Sequence record: MG655269.1
Direction: 5' to 3' (one strand)
Length of the DNA: 64,000 nucleotides
The notes beneath the pieces were generated by a model. The model had not been told where the DNA came from and did not search any database. It worked only from the letters and a program-made list of their open reading frames with translations. This document shows, piece after piece, positions 18,159 through 27,295 of the stretch. Each line of letters starts with the position of its first letter. Within the stretch, counting starts at the first letter, position 1. Both the position numbers and the translations under genes were made by a program.

Positions 18159-18575
18159 ATGACAACGTCGCGTACTGACTTGATTACTAGCCGGATCAAA
18201 GAAGCATTGAATGGGGTCCGGGTACAAACCAGTGAGTTGTATCATGAATCGACTGATGTCGCATCGTTCGGTGCGGTAAAAACGGTGATGTTCTTTTGGA
18301 ATGTAGCTGACAATGATTTAACTGCTGAGATGGTTGAGCGTGAAATCCTGGTCCGACTACAGACCGAGAATATTTACGTGGCCTTTCACAAAACCCGCCG
18401 GCGTGAAGGGGAGCGCTTAATCGCGGCCAGTATTGCCTGTAATCCGACTAACCCGAATTACACCTACGGCAACCTGCGGGGCTTCACCCAGATGTGGCTA
18501 CAGAAAAGCTTCGGGGCAACGAAAGAACGTCTGCAGCAAAAACAACGTGACAGTAATTTGTTTATTCGTCGTTAA
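18159..18575 (+). CDS. hypothetical protein
   Basis: RBS GGAG; start at MTTSR. Confidence 0.7.
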   Translation: MTTSRTDLITSRIKEALNGVRVQTSELYHESTDVASFGAVKTVMFFWNVADNDLTAEMVEREILVRLQTENIYVAFHKTRRREGERLIAASIACNPTNPNYTYGNLRGFTQMWLQKSFGATKERLQQKQRDSNLFIRR

Positions 18576-18586
18576 TTAAGGAACGC

Positions 18587-19315
18587 GTGATGGATATTGA
18601 GAATAAAAAGATCTTGGGTTTGGTGTTGAATGACTTTGTGGACATGTACATGCTACAGCTCAACAACAAGAACCGTGATGTCTGCATCAATGAGTTAAAC
18701 TCGGGGCTGTGTGGTGTAGCGGCCATGTGCGTTGGGAATGTCATGCGTGAGCGCTACGGGGCAACTGACATCGACTGGGAGTCACACTGTTTGCACATGT
18801 GGCTGGTATTGGATGGCAAACGCTACGACACTCTTTATCCGGAAGGTTATGACGTCCCGGTGGTAGATGCCTGGTTACTGAAAGAGCAGAAATACAACAG
18901 CCATGTCATGGCCGGGGAAAGTGTCATCGATATTGAAGATAACAGTGGCTATGTGGCGGGTGGTTGGTGGGATTGTCTTTATCTCATCAAAGGCTGGTAT
19001 GAACGCTACGGTATGGCGCCTCCTGCTTACGTTAAACGCATGATGACCAATCTACGCGGTAATCATCTCCATCGCCGAGAGCGTCGTGCAGCGCGTCGTT
19101 ACCAGCTCGTGTTGAAAGCCCCACTTCCCTCTTTTACCGATGAAGTGCGCACCAACACCGTATTGCCGATGACCCACTATTGGCACGGTGAGTTCGAAGG
19201 TAGCCAAGAGCGTGTTCTGGCGCGTAAGCCGGGCATGCTGTCCGTGAAGACCTATAAAAGCTTATTGAAGTATTACCGTGAGAAAGGTGTGCCTGTCACG
19301 CAGTACTTCTGTTAA
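18587..19315 (+). CDS. putative Cys-His-Asp (papain/transglutaminase-like) enzyme, paralog of 26749..27288
   Basis: NSGLCGVAA ... HMWL ... YDT..P.GY. Confidence 0.55.
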   Translation: MMDIENKKILGLVLNDFVDMYMLQLNNKNRDVCINELNSGLCGVAAMCVGNVMRERYGATDIDWESHCLHMWLVLDGKRYDTLYPEGYDVPVVDAWLLKEQKYNSHVMAGESVIDIEDNSGYVAGGWWDCLYLIKGWYERYGMAPPAYVKRMMTNLRGNHLHRRERRAARRYQLVLKAPLPSFTDEVRTNTVLPMTHYWHGEFEGSQERVLARKPGMLSVKTYKSLLKYYREKGVPVTQYFC

Positions 19316-19464
19316 TCAATCATATACGTAAAGGGGTCTGGCGAAAGCCATATCCCTTTTGGTTATGCTGTCTTTTTTTTGGTTAAGAAATACTAGCCTT
19401 CTCCATTATATGCAATTTACACGATACACTTTTCTATTTATTACATCAGCAAGAGAGATAAGAC

Positions 19465-19608
19465 ATGAGCGCACCTGAAGAATTTGATATGGACGGCCTG
19501 GAAGCACTGGATCTGGAAGGCGCTGAGAAAGCGGCAGAAGAGAAAGCAGCCGGCGGTGGCGAAGCCCTGTCTGATGGCGAAGCAGATTGCGAAGGTTGCA
19601 AGATCTAA
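19465..19608 (+). CDS. 47-aa acidic peptide ending DCEGCKI, resembling the NrdA C-terminal redox tail (not in ORF track)
   Basis: Translated by hand: MSAPEEFDMDGLEALDLEGAEKAAEEKAAGGGEALSDGEADCEGCKI; in-frame TAA at 19459-19461 upstream. Confidence 0.7.
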   Translation: MSAPEEFDMDGLEALDLEGAEKAAEEKAAGGGEALSDGEADCEGCKI

Positions 19609-19661
19609 ATGCCGTGATGTGAATCGGGTCTGATATGGGATCAGTTAACCGAGGAAACATC

Positions 19662-19961
19662 ATGAACATCTATCTTGTCCAACGCAAATCAGAGCCCCGT
19701 TACACACCGGATTCATTTATCGCTGTTGCAGCATCGACCGAAGAGGTGCTGATGATTCACCCTAGCTACTTTCAGGGAAAGAACACGCCTGTGAAGTTCG
19801 ACGAGGCAATGGCCGCCCTCTGGGCGAATGAGTTATCCGATAGTCCAATGGATCATCAATGGGTTACCGATAAGAACGAGCTCGAGGTCACCTATCTGGG
19901 TCAGGCTGCGATGGAGTTCACCGGTCCCACGATCATTGAGATGTGGTACGGGTACGCCTGA
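19662..19961 (+). CDS. hypothetical protein
   Basis: RBS GAGGA; start at MNIYL. Confidence 0.7.
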   Translation: MNIYLVQRKSEPRYTPDSFIAVAASTEEVLMIHPSYFQGKNTPVKFDEAMAALWANELSDSPMDHQWVTDKNELEVTYLGQAAMEFTGPTIIEMWYGYA

Positions 19962-19967
19962 TCATAC

Positions 19968-19995
19968 GGGGAGGCTTCGGCCTCCCTTTATGCCG
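19968..19995 (+). terminator. hairpin + TTATGCCG terminator
   Basis: GGGGAGGC-TTCG-GCCTCCCT stem then TTATGCCG. Confidence 0.8.
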
Positions 19996-20038
19996 GTCGT
20001 TATCCTATGACTTGTATTTGGCAGGTCTGAGGTGACGT

Positions 20039-20650
20039 ATGTTTAAACGTTTCATGTTCTATCTGTTCAGTAAGTTATTTGACCATAAAGGGGAGTACAC
20101 CATGTCCGAAGCAGTGAAAGATCAGCAAAGCAATGACGTTAATGCAACCAACGATGTTGAGGTGCAGCCAACACCTGCTGAGACCTCTGCACCGGAACTG
20201 GCATCTAACGATGTGGTTGCCGCACCGGAAGCCGCAGGCGACGCCCGTCCTGAAGTCCAGGATACGGTAGAGTCGACGCCAGTGGTGATTGAACCGGCTG
20301 CAGTTGCTGAACCATCCGCACCTGCCGTGGCACCTGCTCCTGTTGTTGTACCTGCGGCTGAGCCAGCTCCCGCACCTGTAGCACCGACCACCCCGACCGA
20401 CAGCGATAAGACTGAAGGCGAACCCGATACCAATCGCTTCGACCATCTGGCCAGCACCTTGAAGAGTTTACTTCAGGTAGCCGGTCATGAGCTCGACGAA
20501 GCATTTGACGATGCAGTACCTTTGGCAAAACAGATCGCTTCCAGTGACGAAGAGTTCGGTGACAAGCTGAAAGACATCCTTGTGGTTGTCGGCCGTGAAT
20601 ACGGCGAAGCTTTCCATCATTTCTTCAGCTATGCGAAGAAGCACATCTAA
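20039..20650 (+). CDS. Pro/Ala-rich protein with duplicated C-terminal helical motif; second in-frame start at 20102
   Basis: Two RBS-ATG pairs (GAGGTG/20039, GGGAG/20102); LKSLLQVAGHELDEAF and LKDILVVVGREYGEAF repeats. Confidence 0.75.
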   Translation: MFKRFMFYLFSKLFDHKGEYTMSEAVKDQQSNDVNATNDVEVQPTPAETSAPELASNDVVAAPEAAGDARPEVQDTVESTPVVIEPAAVAEPSAPAVAPAPVVVPAAEPAPAPVAPTTPTDSDKTEGEPDTNRFDHLASTLKSLLQVAGHELDEAFDDAVPLAKQIASSDEEFGDKLKDILVVVGREYGEAFHHFFSYAKKHI

Positions 20651-20656
20651 GAAAAC

Positions 20657-20688
20657 AGGGGGCGGGATTTCCTGCCCCTTTTATGCCG
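20657..20688 (+). terminator. hairpin + TTATGCCG terminator
   Basis: GC-rich stem then TTTTATGCCG. Confidence 0.7.
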
Positions 20689-20728
20689 ATTATCTTATAA
20701 CTGACTTACATCATTAAAGGGTTTTACC

Positions 20729-21694
20729 ATGACAGTTATTCAGCACGAGGCTATTGGTTATTGCGGGCATGCCATGATGGTGCACCAAATGGAAAAAGAT
20801 CAAGTAACCATTAAGCAATACGCAAAGCAGTTGGAAGGTGCCGGGCTGGAGGCGTTTGATACTCCTTCGCACAAACTGGTACTGCAGGGCATGTCTGCTC
20901 GCTACGGCGACTACATGAAACTTGGTTCTGGTCAGGAAGGCTTGGGAACAATGGTTCTGTTGGGGGTGGCTATCGGTGGTGGGGTAGCGGCATACAAGAA
21001 ATTGATGCTGGCGAAAAACTCGCCGATTACAAAAGATATCAGTGATGTATTGAGTAAGGTCACTGAAACCTATACCCCGAAATGGCTCGAAGGTAAAACC
21101 TCGGTTAATAAAGATGTGACTTGCGGAAAACTGAATAAGTTATTCGGTGGGTCGGAGTTGTCAGTACTTGATACTGCAGCCATCAAATACGCCACACAAG
21201 CTGAACGTGAAACAAAAGCAGCCGGCGTATATTTGACAGGTGCGTGGGATAAAATAAAACCTCTGTTAGAGCGGTGGAAGAAAGCTGGTGAAGGGGAGGA
21301 GGATGAAGTCATCGAGCTAATGACTGATCTATACCCAGAGCCACCTTACTCCACCATGCCTGTTATTCACGCCAATACCCCTGGCGGTAAAGGTGAAAAA
21401 GTTAAAGCTCTCTCAGAGGCTGAATACCCTAAAGCAGTTGCGTTATTGAAAGCACTCCTGAAAGCCGCCGAAGAAGTCGACGGGATGTCTTATGATATTG
21501 CCAATAGCGTTGGATTTAAAGATCACTGGTACGAGGGTATCCCGACCGATAAACGTGGCGAGGAGCACGCATTCCAATACGGACACTACCGCTACTACCT
21601 TGACCATTATGGTGTAAAGACATGGAGTCAACACGAAGCATTGATCAATGCTGCCCGCGGTGTCGAGGAATGGATCACCAAGTCATTTAAGTAA
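20729..21694 (+). CDS. putative internal head/virion protein
   Basis: N-terminal AGLEA and GQEG resemble S/A/G-x-E prohead-protease sites of phiKZ-like head proteins. Confidence 0.55.
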   Translation: MTVIQHEAIGYCGHAMMVHQMEKDQVTIKQYAKQLEGAGLEAFDTPSHKLVLQGMSARYGDYMKLGSGQEGLGTMVLLGVAIGGGVAAYKKLMLAKNSPITKDISDVLSKVTETYTPKWLEGKTSVNKDVTCGKLNKLFGGSELSVLDTAAIKYATQAERETKAAGVYLTGAWDKIKPLLERWKKAGEGEEDEVIELMTDLYPEPPYSTMPVIHANTPGGKGEKVKALSEAEYPKAVALLKALLKAAEEVDGMSYDIANSVGFKDHWYEGIPTDKRGEEHAFQYGHYRYYLDHYGVKTWSQHEALINAARGVEEWITKSFK

Positions 21695-21702
21695 TCGCTA
21701 CG

Positions 21703-21734
21703 AGGGGAGGTGTGATCACTCCCCTTTTATGCCG
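21703..21734 (+). terminator. hairpin + TTATGCCG terminator
   Basis: AGGGGAG...CTCCCCT stem then TTTATGCCG. Confidence 0.7.
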
Positions 21735-21778
21735 GGCGAGGAATCGTATAGGTGCTTTTGCCAACGAGGAATCTTATC

Positions 21779-22561
21779 GTGTTTGAAATGCTTTTAGGCG
21801 GTAGTCCGAACGGGAACTTGCCATTTGGGCAGTTGTTAGCCAAAACAACAACAGACTTTACAGTCCCTGCCGGAGTGACCGATATTTCCGGTGTTGCTAT
21901 CGGTGGCGGCGGCGGGAACTCACGCGGCAATACCATTGGTGGGTCAGGGGGTGATTTGCGCTGGCGGAATCACATTGCCGTTATTCCAGGTGAAGTGCTG
22001 TCACTTATTACCGGTGTGGTAACAGCGGCTGGTAAACCGGGCACCTCCAGTAAGATCATCCGTAAGTCAACCGGCGAAGTATTACTGATCGCTAAAGGCG
22101 GTGACTCCACCGATGTATCAACGCCGATCAATGGAGCTGATATAGGTGGAGGGAACGGCGGTGTTGGCACCAATCCATCAGGTGGTGGAGCTGGCGGGTA
22201 TACCGGCAATGGCGGTAAAGGTGGTTCAGCTGCCGATGTTGACTCTGGCGGTGGTGGCGGTGGTAGCTCTTATACCTTCAGCGGAAACAGTTTTGGTTGT
22301 GGCGGTGGGGGCATCTACCCTAACGGCAAAGGCGCTGATGGTGGTGCGCCGCCTGTCAATACCGGCAGTCAGGCATTTGGTGGCAGAGGGGGTTCTGGTG
22401 GTAATCCTGGTCAAAACACGAATGGGGGCTTATACGGCGGTGGTGCTGGCGCACCCATTAGGATAACCTATGCAACAACAGGGACTGCTGGCTGCATCCG
22501 ACTCATTTGGGGTTCAGGTCGCGCCTTCCCAGCTACGAAGACTGCAGATATTACAGCTTAA
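21779..22561 (+). CDS. glycine-rich putative virion/tail-associated protein (MFEML family)
   Basis: GTG start giving MFEMLLGG; F.VPAGV..I, GGDLR, PGEVL, GG repeats, GCIRLIWG.GRAFP. Confidence 0.75.
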   Translation: MFEMLLGGSPNGNLPFGQLLAKTTTDFTVPAGVTDISGVAIGGGGGNSRGNTIGGSGGDLRWRNHIAVIPGEVLSLITGVVTAAGKPGTSSKIIRKSTGEVLLIAKGGDSTDVSTPINGADIGGGNGGVGTNPSGGGAGGYTGNGGKGGSAADVDSGGGGGGSSYTFSGNSFGCGGGGIYPNGKGADGGAPPVNTGSQAFGGRGGSGGNPGQNTNGGLYGGGAGAPIRITYATTGTAGCIRLIWGSGRAFPATKTADITA

Positions 22562-22570
22562 GGACTGATC

Positions 22571-23176
22571 ATGTTTGAAATGTTATTTTGCGGCAAGCCA
22601 GCATCAGTTGGCGGCCAACAACTCTTCACTACTGCCGGTACCTTTAGCTTTGTAGTCCCGGCGGGGATTACTGAGCTCGACGCCTATACTCAAGGTGGTG
22701 GCGGTGGTGGCGGTAATGGTAACCCAGGTGTATACAAAGGAGCGTCAGGCGGCTCTGGCAAAGTAGGTGCTAACGGTTATCTGAACAATATTTCAGTTAC
22801 ACCCGGTGAAACACTGACCGTTATTGTTGGTGCTGCAGGTGCGGCATTAAAAGCTGGGGAGGCGACCCAATTACTTCGTGGCAGTAACGTGTTACTTGCT
22901 GTAGCGGGTGGGGCCGCAGGTGTTACAGCAACTGGCACAAGCAGTTCTGAGAACAACCTAGGCACTAGCGGTACCGCGGCACCAACGATTCCAGGTAATA
23001 CCACAACCTACCCTGCTGCAAACAAACGCCCTGGAAGTGGTGGTAACGGTGGTGCGGGGCGTTACAACGGCGGGGGTGGCATAGTGACCGGACCAGGTAT
23101 CGCAGGTGGCTGCCGCCTGATGTGGGGTAAAGATCGCGATTACCCATCAACAGGCGTAGCTGACGTCAAGATGTAA
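22571..23176 (+). CDS. glycine-rich putative virion/tail-associated protein (MFEML family)
   Basis: MFEMLFCG, FVVPAGIT, VTPGETL, GGCRLMWG.DR.YP. Confidence 0.75.
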   Translation: MFEMLFCGKPASVGGQQLFTTAGTFSFVVPAGITELDAYTQGGGGGGGNGNPGVYKGASGGSGKVGANGYLNNISVTPGETLTVIVGAAGAALKAGEATQLLRGSNVLLAVAGGAAGVTATGTSSSENNLGTSGTAAPTIPGNTTTYPAANKRPGSGGNGGAGRYNGGGGIVTGPGIAGGCRLMWGKDRDYPSTGVADVKM

Positions 23177-23228
23177 ATATGTAAATACTCGCTTTCTTAT
23201 ATAACCCTTCCCTCATTGAGATTGAATT

Positions 23229-23807
23229 ATGGCCAAGATGACTTTCTATTACGCTTCGATGAACGCCGGAAAATCCACCGCATGCATCCAAGCAGGTTAC
23301 AACTATTTAGAACGCGGACTGCGGGCCTTGATGATCAAGCCTGAAGTTGATAACCGCGATGACACAGATAAAGTCAGCTCGCGTGTCGGTCTCAGTGCGA
23401 AGGCGGTTGTTTTTGACAGTGAGGTTAATCTAACCGAACTGGTATTACACCAGATGAAGACTTCCAAGGTCTCGGTGGTATTGGTTGATGAAGCGCAGTT
23501 CCTGACACCGGATCAAGTCAAAGAGCTCAGTGACATCGCCGACTTCGAAGACATCCCCGTGGTCTGCTATGGTTTGCGTACCGATTTCCAAGGTGAACTC
23601 TTTCCTGGGTCTGCAGCCTTAATGGCTCGCTCAGATCGCCTTAAAGAACTGATCGGTGTTTGCCATTGTGGCAAGACAGCTCACTTCGTACTGCGTCGTG
23701 ATGACAAAGGTCAGGTGGTGAAAGAAGGCGAGCAAATCCTGATTGGCGGGAATGACCGCTATGAAGCAGTGTGTCGCAAGCACCATCGCGTGGCCATGCT
23801 GAGTTAA
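23229..23807 (+). CDS. tdk: thymidine kinase
   Basis: MNAGKST P-loop, VDEAQFL, GLRTDF, CHCG and YEAVCRKH Zn-binding motifs. Confidence 0.95.
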   Translation: MAKMTFYYASMNAGKSTACIQAGYNYLERGLRALMIKPEVDNRDDTDKVSSRVGLSAKAVVFDSEVNLTELVLHQMKTSKVSVVLVDEAQFLTPDQVKELSDIADFEDIPVVCYGLRTDFQGELFPGSAALMARSDRLKELIGVCHCGKTAHFVLRRDDKGQVVKEGEQILIGGNDRYEAVCRKHHRVAMLS

Positions 23808-23822
23808 GCCTAAGAGGTAGGT

Positions 23823-24539
23823 ATGTTAGAAATGATAATGGCGATGCCAAAGGCGTTGATACCTAAAGCCGGTCAGCCGCTGATGGGATTTAACTTTGAC
23901 CAGGCTAAAAGTATTAGCGCACCGAGTGCAACAGCATACTCCGGCGGGACGATTGAAACACTTAGCGCCAGTAACGCCCTTGCGGGATATAACCGTAGCT
24001 TGCGTTGTAATGGTACGGTGACCAACGTTACCCCGCTGAGCGCATTATCAACCCTCGGGCTGGGTGATTTCGCCTTAGAGTGTTACGCCTGGATGACCAC
24101 AATTCCCAGTACCTATTTCCAACTCTTCCTGCTTCAGTTCGCTAACGGCAAATATCTCACCATCCGTGTGGGTGATGGCGGGTACGGTCAGCGCATGCAG
24201 GTGGGGATCGATTTAGGCAATGGCGGTAACTACTGCAGTAGCAAGACTGGCCCTTCATTGCGTAACGGCTGGCATCATTATGCTTTTGTGCGTAAAGCCG
24301 GGAAGTGTCGCTTCTTCATTGATGGCCAGCTTCAGTTACTGGCGCTGGGTACTAGCACCACCTTTAACCTCACTGAGTTTAACGGGAACTTTGATCTGTC
24401 GGGTAATTTGAGTTCGTTCGCTATTGGTAAAGCCAACTCCGGCGCGGGTGATATGTATATGCCGGAATTCCTCTTGTCCAATACCGCACGCTATCAAGAA
24501 ACCTTTACACCACCTCCCGGCCCTATCTACCGCCCGTGA
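23823..24539 (+). CDS. ConA/LamG-like lectin-domain protein (MLEM family)
   Basis: GDFALECYAW, GWHHYAFVRK, RFFIDGQL, EFLLSNTARY..TFTPP. Confidence 0.75.
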   Translation: MLEMIMAMPKALIPKAGQPLMGFNFDQAKSISAPSATAYSGGTIETLSASNALAGYNRSLRCNGTVTNVTPLSALSTLGLGDFALECYAWMTTIPSTYFQLFLLQFANGKYLTIRVGDGGYGQRMQVGIDLGNGGNYCSSKTGPSLRNGWHHYAFVRKAGKCRFFIDGQLQLLALGTSTTFNLTEFNGNFDLSGNLSSFAIGKANSGAGDMYMPEFLLSNTARYQETFTPPPGPIYRP

Positions 24540-24545
24540 CATTCT

Positions 24546-24573
24546 GCCAGGGTTTGTCCCTGGCTTTATGCCG
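24546..24573 (+). terminator. hairpin + TTATGCCG terminator
   Basis: GCCAGGG-TTTGT-CCCTGGC stem then TTTATGCCG. Confidence 0.75.
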
Positions 24574-24589
24574 TCCAAAGTATCTCAGT

Positions 24590-24608
24590 CCTACATTACC
24601 CTTGTGTA
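24590..24608 (+). promoter_or_regulatory. putative phage early promoter
   Basis: CCTACATTAC-CCTT-GTGTA. Confidence 0.65.
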
Positions 24609-24661
24609 GAAAACAACATTGTTAACTTAACCTATAGTGTTTTAGCTGGGAGGTTTTTAAG

Positions 24662-25024
24662 ATGAATCACTTATTATTGGATGTGACAGAGAACGTCGCA
24701 CCGATCACTCGCCAGTTTACCAACACTGATTGGGATGGCATCTTGCGTGATGTTAGCTTGTACATCATGCGCCTTTACTGTGCCTCCCAAGTACTTGGCG
24801 AACATATTCCTCATAACCCTGCGGCGCACTTAAAGGACATTCAGTGGCGCTATGGCTTTGACCCGAATGACGGGTCGGTCTCGGTAGAGTTTGTGAAACT
24901 GTATAAATGCCTGAGTGATACCATCGGGCTTTATGTGACACAGACCAACCCCACTAAACTGTTAACCGTAGTACGTGTTTCAACGGCTAACAATATTTTT
25001 CAACTGCACTTAGGATATGCCTGA
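24662..25024 (+). CDS. hypothetical protein
   Basis: RBS GGAGG; coupled to the hslU-like gene. Confidence 0.7.
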   Translation: MNHLLLDVTENVAPITRQFTNTDWDGILRDVSLYIMRLYCASQVLGEHIPHNPAAHLKDIQWRYGFDPNDGSVSVEFVKLYKCLSDTIGLYVTQTNPTKLLTVVRVSTANNIFQLHLGYA

Positions 25025-26733
25025 TGTCATCATTAACCACCAATGAAGTTGTTGAGCATTTAGACCAGTATGTTATTGGTCAGCTGGATGCCAAACGGGC
25101 GATCGCACTGGCGTATCGTGAACGAAGCTTGAAAGCGGAAAACAGCGGAGAAGGCTGGCGTTACATTACCCCCTCTAACATCATGATGGTCGGGCCGTCA
25201 GGCAGCGGTAAGACGGAACTGGCTAAGCAGTTAGCGGACATGACCAACTCACCTTTTGTGAAGTGCGAAATCACCGAGTTCACACAAGTCGGTTACTACG
25301 GGCGTGACGTTAAAACCATTCTGACTGATCTGTTGAAAGAGGCCATTCGGATTGCCCCGGAGATCTGGCGGAAAGAAAACAAACCAAAACTCAGTAAAGC
25401 GAACCGCGACCTGTTGGCACTGATGCTCAAAGACCCGGAAACGTTGGATGCCTTTGCTAAAGCGTTGAACATCACTGCTGATAAATGCACCGTGCCGTTT
25501 GTGGAAGAGAAACTCCTCAACGGCACCACCCTGCGTAAGCTCAATGTGCGTTATGGTTGGCGGGCAAATCCTTTATTGGCAGCCATCGATAAACGGGCGG
25601 ATAAACCGGAGAAGGGAGAAGAAGAGCCACCAATGGAAGATGCGGCGGCGTGGACACAGTGGTATGTCCGCACCAAGATGAACTTTAGCAAGCTCGGGTA
25701 TTCAGGCACTGAAGACAGTCTGGTGAAAGAAGCTGCCCGCGTGTTAGAAGCGATTCCTATTAAGGATAAGATGGAGCCCGTGCTGATTGAGGTGATTGGC
25801 GAAACCCTTAATGAGAAACGCAAAAAGATCATCGCTGCCCGCGGCGCCAGTCAGCCGAAACTGATTCGTCTGTTGCTGGATGAGAAAGACTACAAAGCCC
25901 TGTGCCGTAAGCTACTGGAAACAATGGGTTCCCGACTATGGATGAAGCTTGACACTATCATCGATATCGGTGATGCGCTGAATCAAAGCAAGAACCCACC
26001 GCCGGACTTCATTGTTAAACTGGTTGAAGAACGTGGCATTGTCTTCATTGATGAGTTCGACAAGATCTTCCTCGACAGCCGGGGCGAGAACGTCGGTAAC
26101 ATGGGTGTAGTGCGTGACCTGATGCCTTACCTTGATGGGGTCGTGACTGAAGTCTCTACGGTCAATGAACGTGAACGGGGTGGTGGGTTATTTGGTGAAC
26201 GGAACGAGAAGTACATCATCAATACCGCTAATATCCTCTGGATCGCATCAGGTGCGTTTCATCTCGCTAAGGTGAGTGATGTGCCCGCTGAGATCTTAGG
26301 ACGTCTCCCTGTGCATGTGAAGCTCAATCGCTTGACTGCAGACGATCTGGAAAAGGTACTCATCAAACCCCACGGGTCGATCATTGCGGGCGTCACGCTA
26401 CTGATGTCAGCGGAAGGAGCTGAGTTCGTTATTGATGCTGCTGCGATTCGTGCCATTGCTGATCTGGCCTATGAGTGCAATACCGTCGGTGAGGATACCG
26501 GGGCACGTCGTCTGAAAGGCGTCTGCTTTGAGTTGTTCCGCGACATGCTCTATGGCGCATCCAACCTATTACCTGACCAAAAGAAAGTGCACTTCACCGC
26601 AGAGCAAGTAATGGCTGAGCGTGAACGCATTCTGGCGACTGTTGAACGCCGTAAAGAAAAACCCAAAGAAACCGACCCTGCTCAGCGCTTTGCAAAAGCC
26701 ATGAAAGAGCTTGGGGCTTTGGTTAACAATTAA
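25024..26733 (+). CDS. hslU: HslU-like AAA+ ATPase/unfoldase
   Basis: LDQYVIGQ..AKRAIALA, PSNIMMVGPSGSGKTE, TEFTQVGYYGRDV, IVFIDEFDKI, EILGRLP, GARRL. Confidence 0.88.
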   Translation: MSSLTTNEVVEHLDQYVIGQLDAKRAIALAYRERSLKAENSGEGWRYITPSNIMMVGPSGSGKTELAKQLADMTNSPFVKCEITEFTQVGYYGRDVKTILTDLLKEAIRIAPEIWRKENKPKLSKANRDLLALMLKDPETLDAFAKALNITADKCTVPFVEEKLLNGTTLRKLNVRYGWRANPLLAAIDKRADKPEKGEEEPPMEDAAAWTQWYVRTKMNFSKLGYSGTEDSLVKEAARVLEAIPIKDKMEPVLIEVIGETLNEKRKKIIAARGASQPKLIRLLLDEKDYKALCRKLLETMGSRLWMKLDTIIDIGDALNQSKNPPPDFIVKLVEERGIVFIDEFDKIFLDSRGENVGNMGVVRDLMPYLDGVVTEVSTVNERERGGGLFGERNEKYIINTANILWIASGAFHLAKVSDVPAEILGRLPVHVKLNRLTADDLEKVLIKPHGSIIAGVTLLMSAEGAEFVIDAAAIRAIADLAYECNTVGEDTGARRLKGVCFELFRDMLYGASNLLPDQKKVHFTAEQVMAERERILATVERRKEKPKETDPAQRFAKAMKELGALVNN

Positions 26734-26748
26734 CCCTCTGGAGTTGTC

Positions 26749-27288
26749 ATGGACCACAATACCGCTCTTTGTACGTTAAACCCGAAAGTCTTGATTCAGA
26801 ATGAGTTGTATCGCTTCATTCGTCTGTACGCTTTGTTTAATGGCTTGGATGTCCACGATGTGAAAGCAATAACCAAGAAGATCAATTCTGGCGATTGTGG
26901 TCTGGCGGCAATTACCGTGCACCACCTGCTAAAAGAAAAGTACAAACTGGATACGGATATCCTGATGTGTCGTAATCACTGCTGGCTGGCTTATCACGAA
27001 GGTGAATACGACACGGCCTTTCCCAGCGGCTACACGAAACGGGTGGTGGAGGTCTGGGATGGAAGCCCGGATGAGCCTGTCCACTATTTAACCTTTCAGG
27101 AAGCGTGTGATGAATGGATGCCGATGGATGTCAAAGGGGCTTACATTGTGAAAGCCTTCTGTGCCATCACGTGGACACAGTTTCCCAAAGAGCTTCAGCA
27201 TTGCTTAGACAATGCGGACGAATATGAGATGCCGGGTATTGCAGCGCAGTACGAGGCGAAATGTAAATTTGTCACTGACAACATGTAG
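26749..27288 (+). CDS. putative Cys-His-Asp enzyme, paralog of 18587..19315
   Basis: NSGDCGLAA ... HCWL ... YDT.FP.GY. Confidence 0.55.
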   Translation: MDHNTALCTLNPKVLIQNELYRFIRLYALFNGLDVHDVKAITKKINSGDCGLAAITVHHLLKEKYKLDTDILMCRNHCWLAYHEGEYDTAFPSGYTKRVVEVWDGSPDEPVHYLTFQEACDEWMPMDVKGAYIVKAFCAITWTQFPKELQHCLDNADEYEMPGIAAQYEAKCKFVTDNM

Positions 27289-27295
27289 GTGGATT

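Noticed and set aside
19406-19669. 87-aa minus-strand ORF from the track
   Set aside because: The plus-strand 47-aa ORF has coherent codon usage and a meaningful terminus; the minus ORF opposes the local gene direction.
21779-23176. GGTGGCGGT repeats as a CRISPR array or DGR template
   Set aside because: They are glycine codons; there are no constant repeats with unique spacers, no adenine-specific variable pair and no reverse transcriptase in the window.
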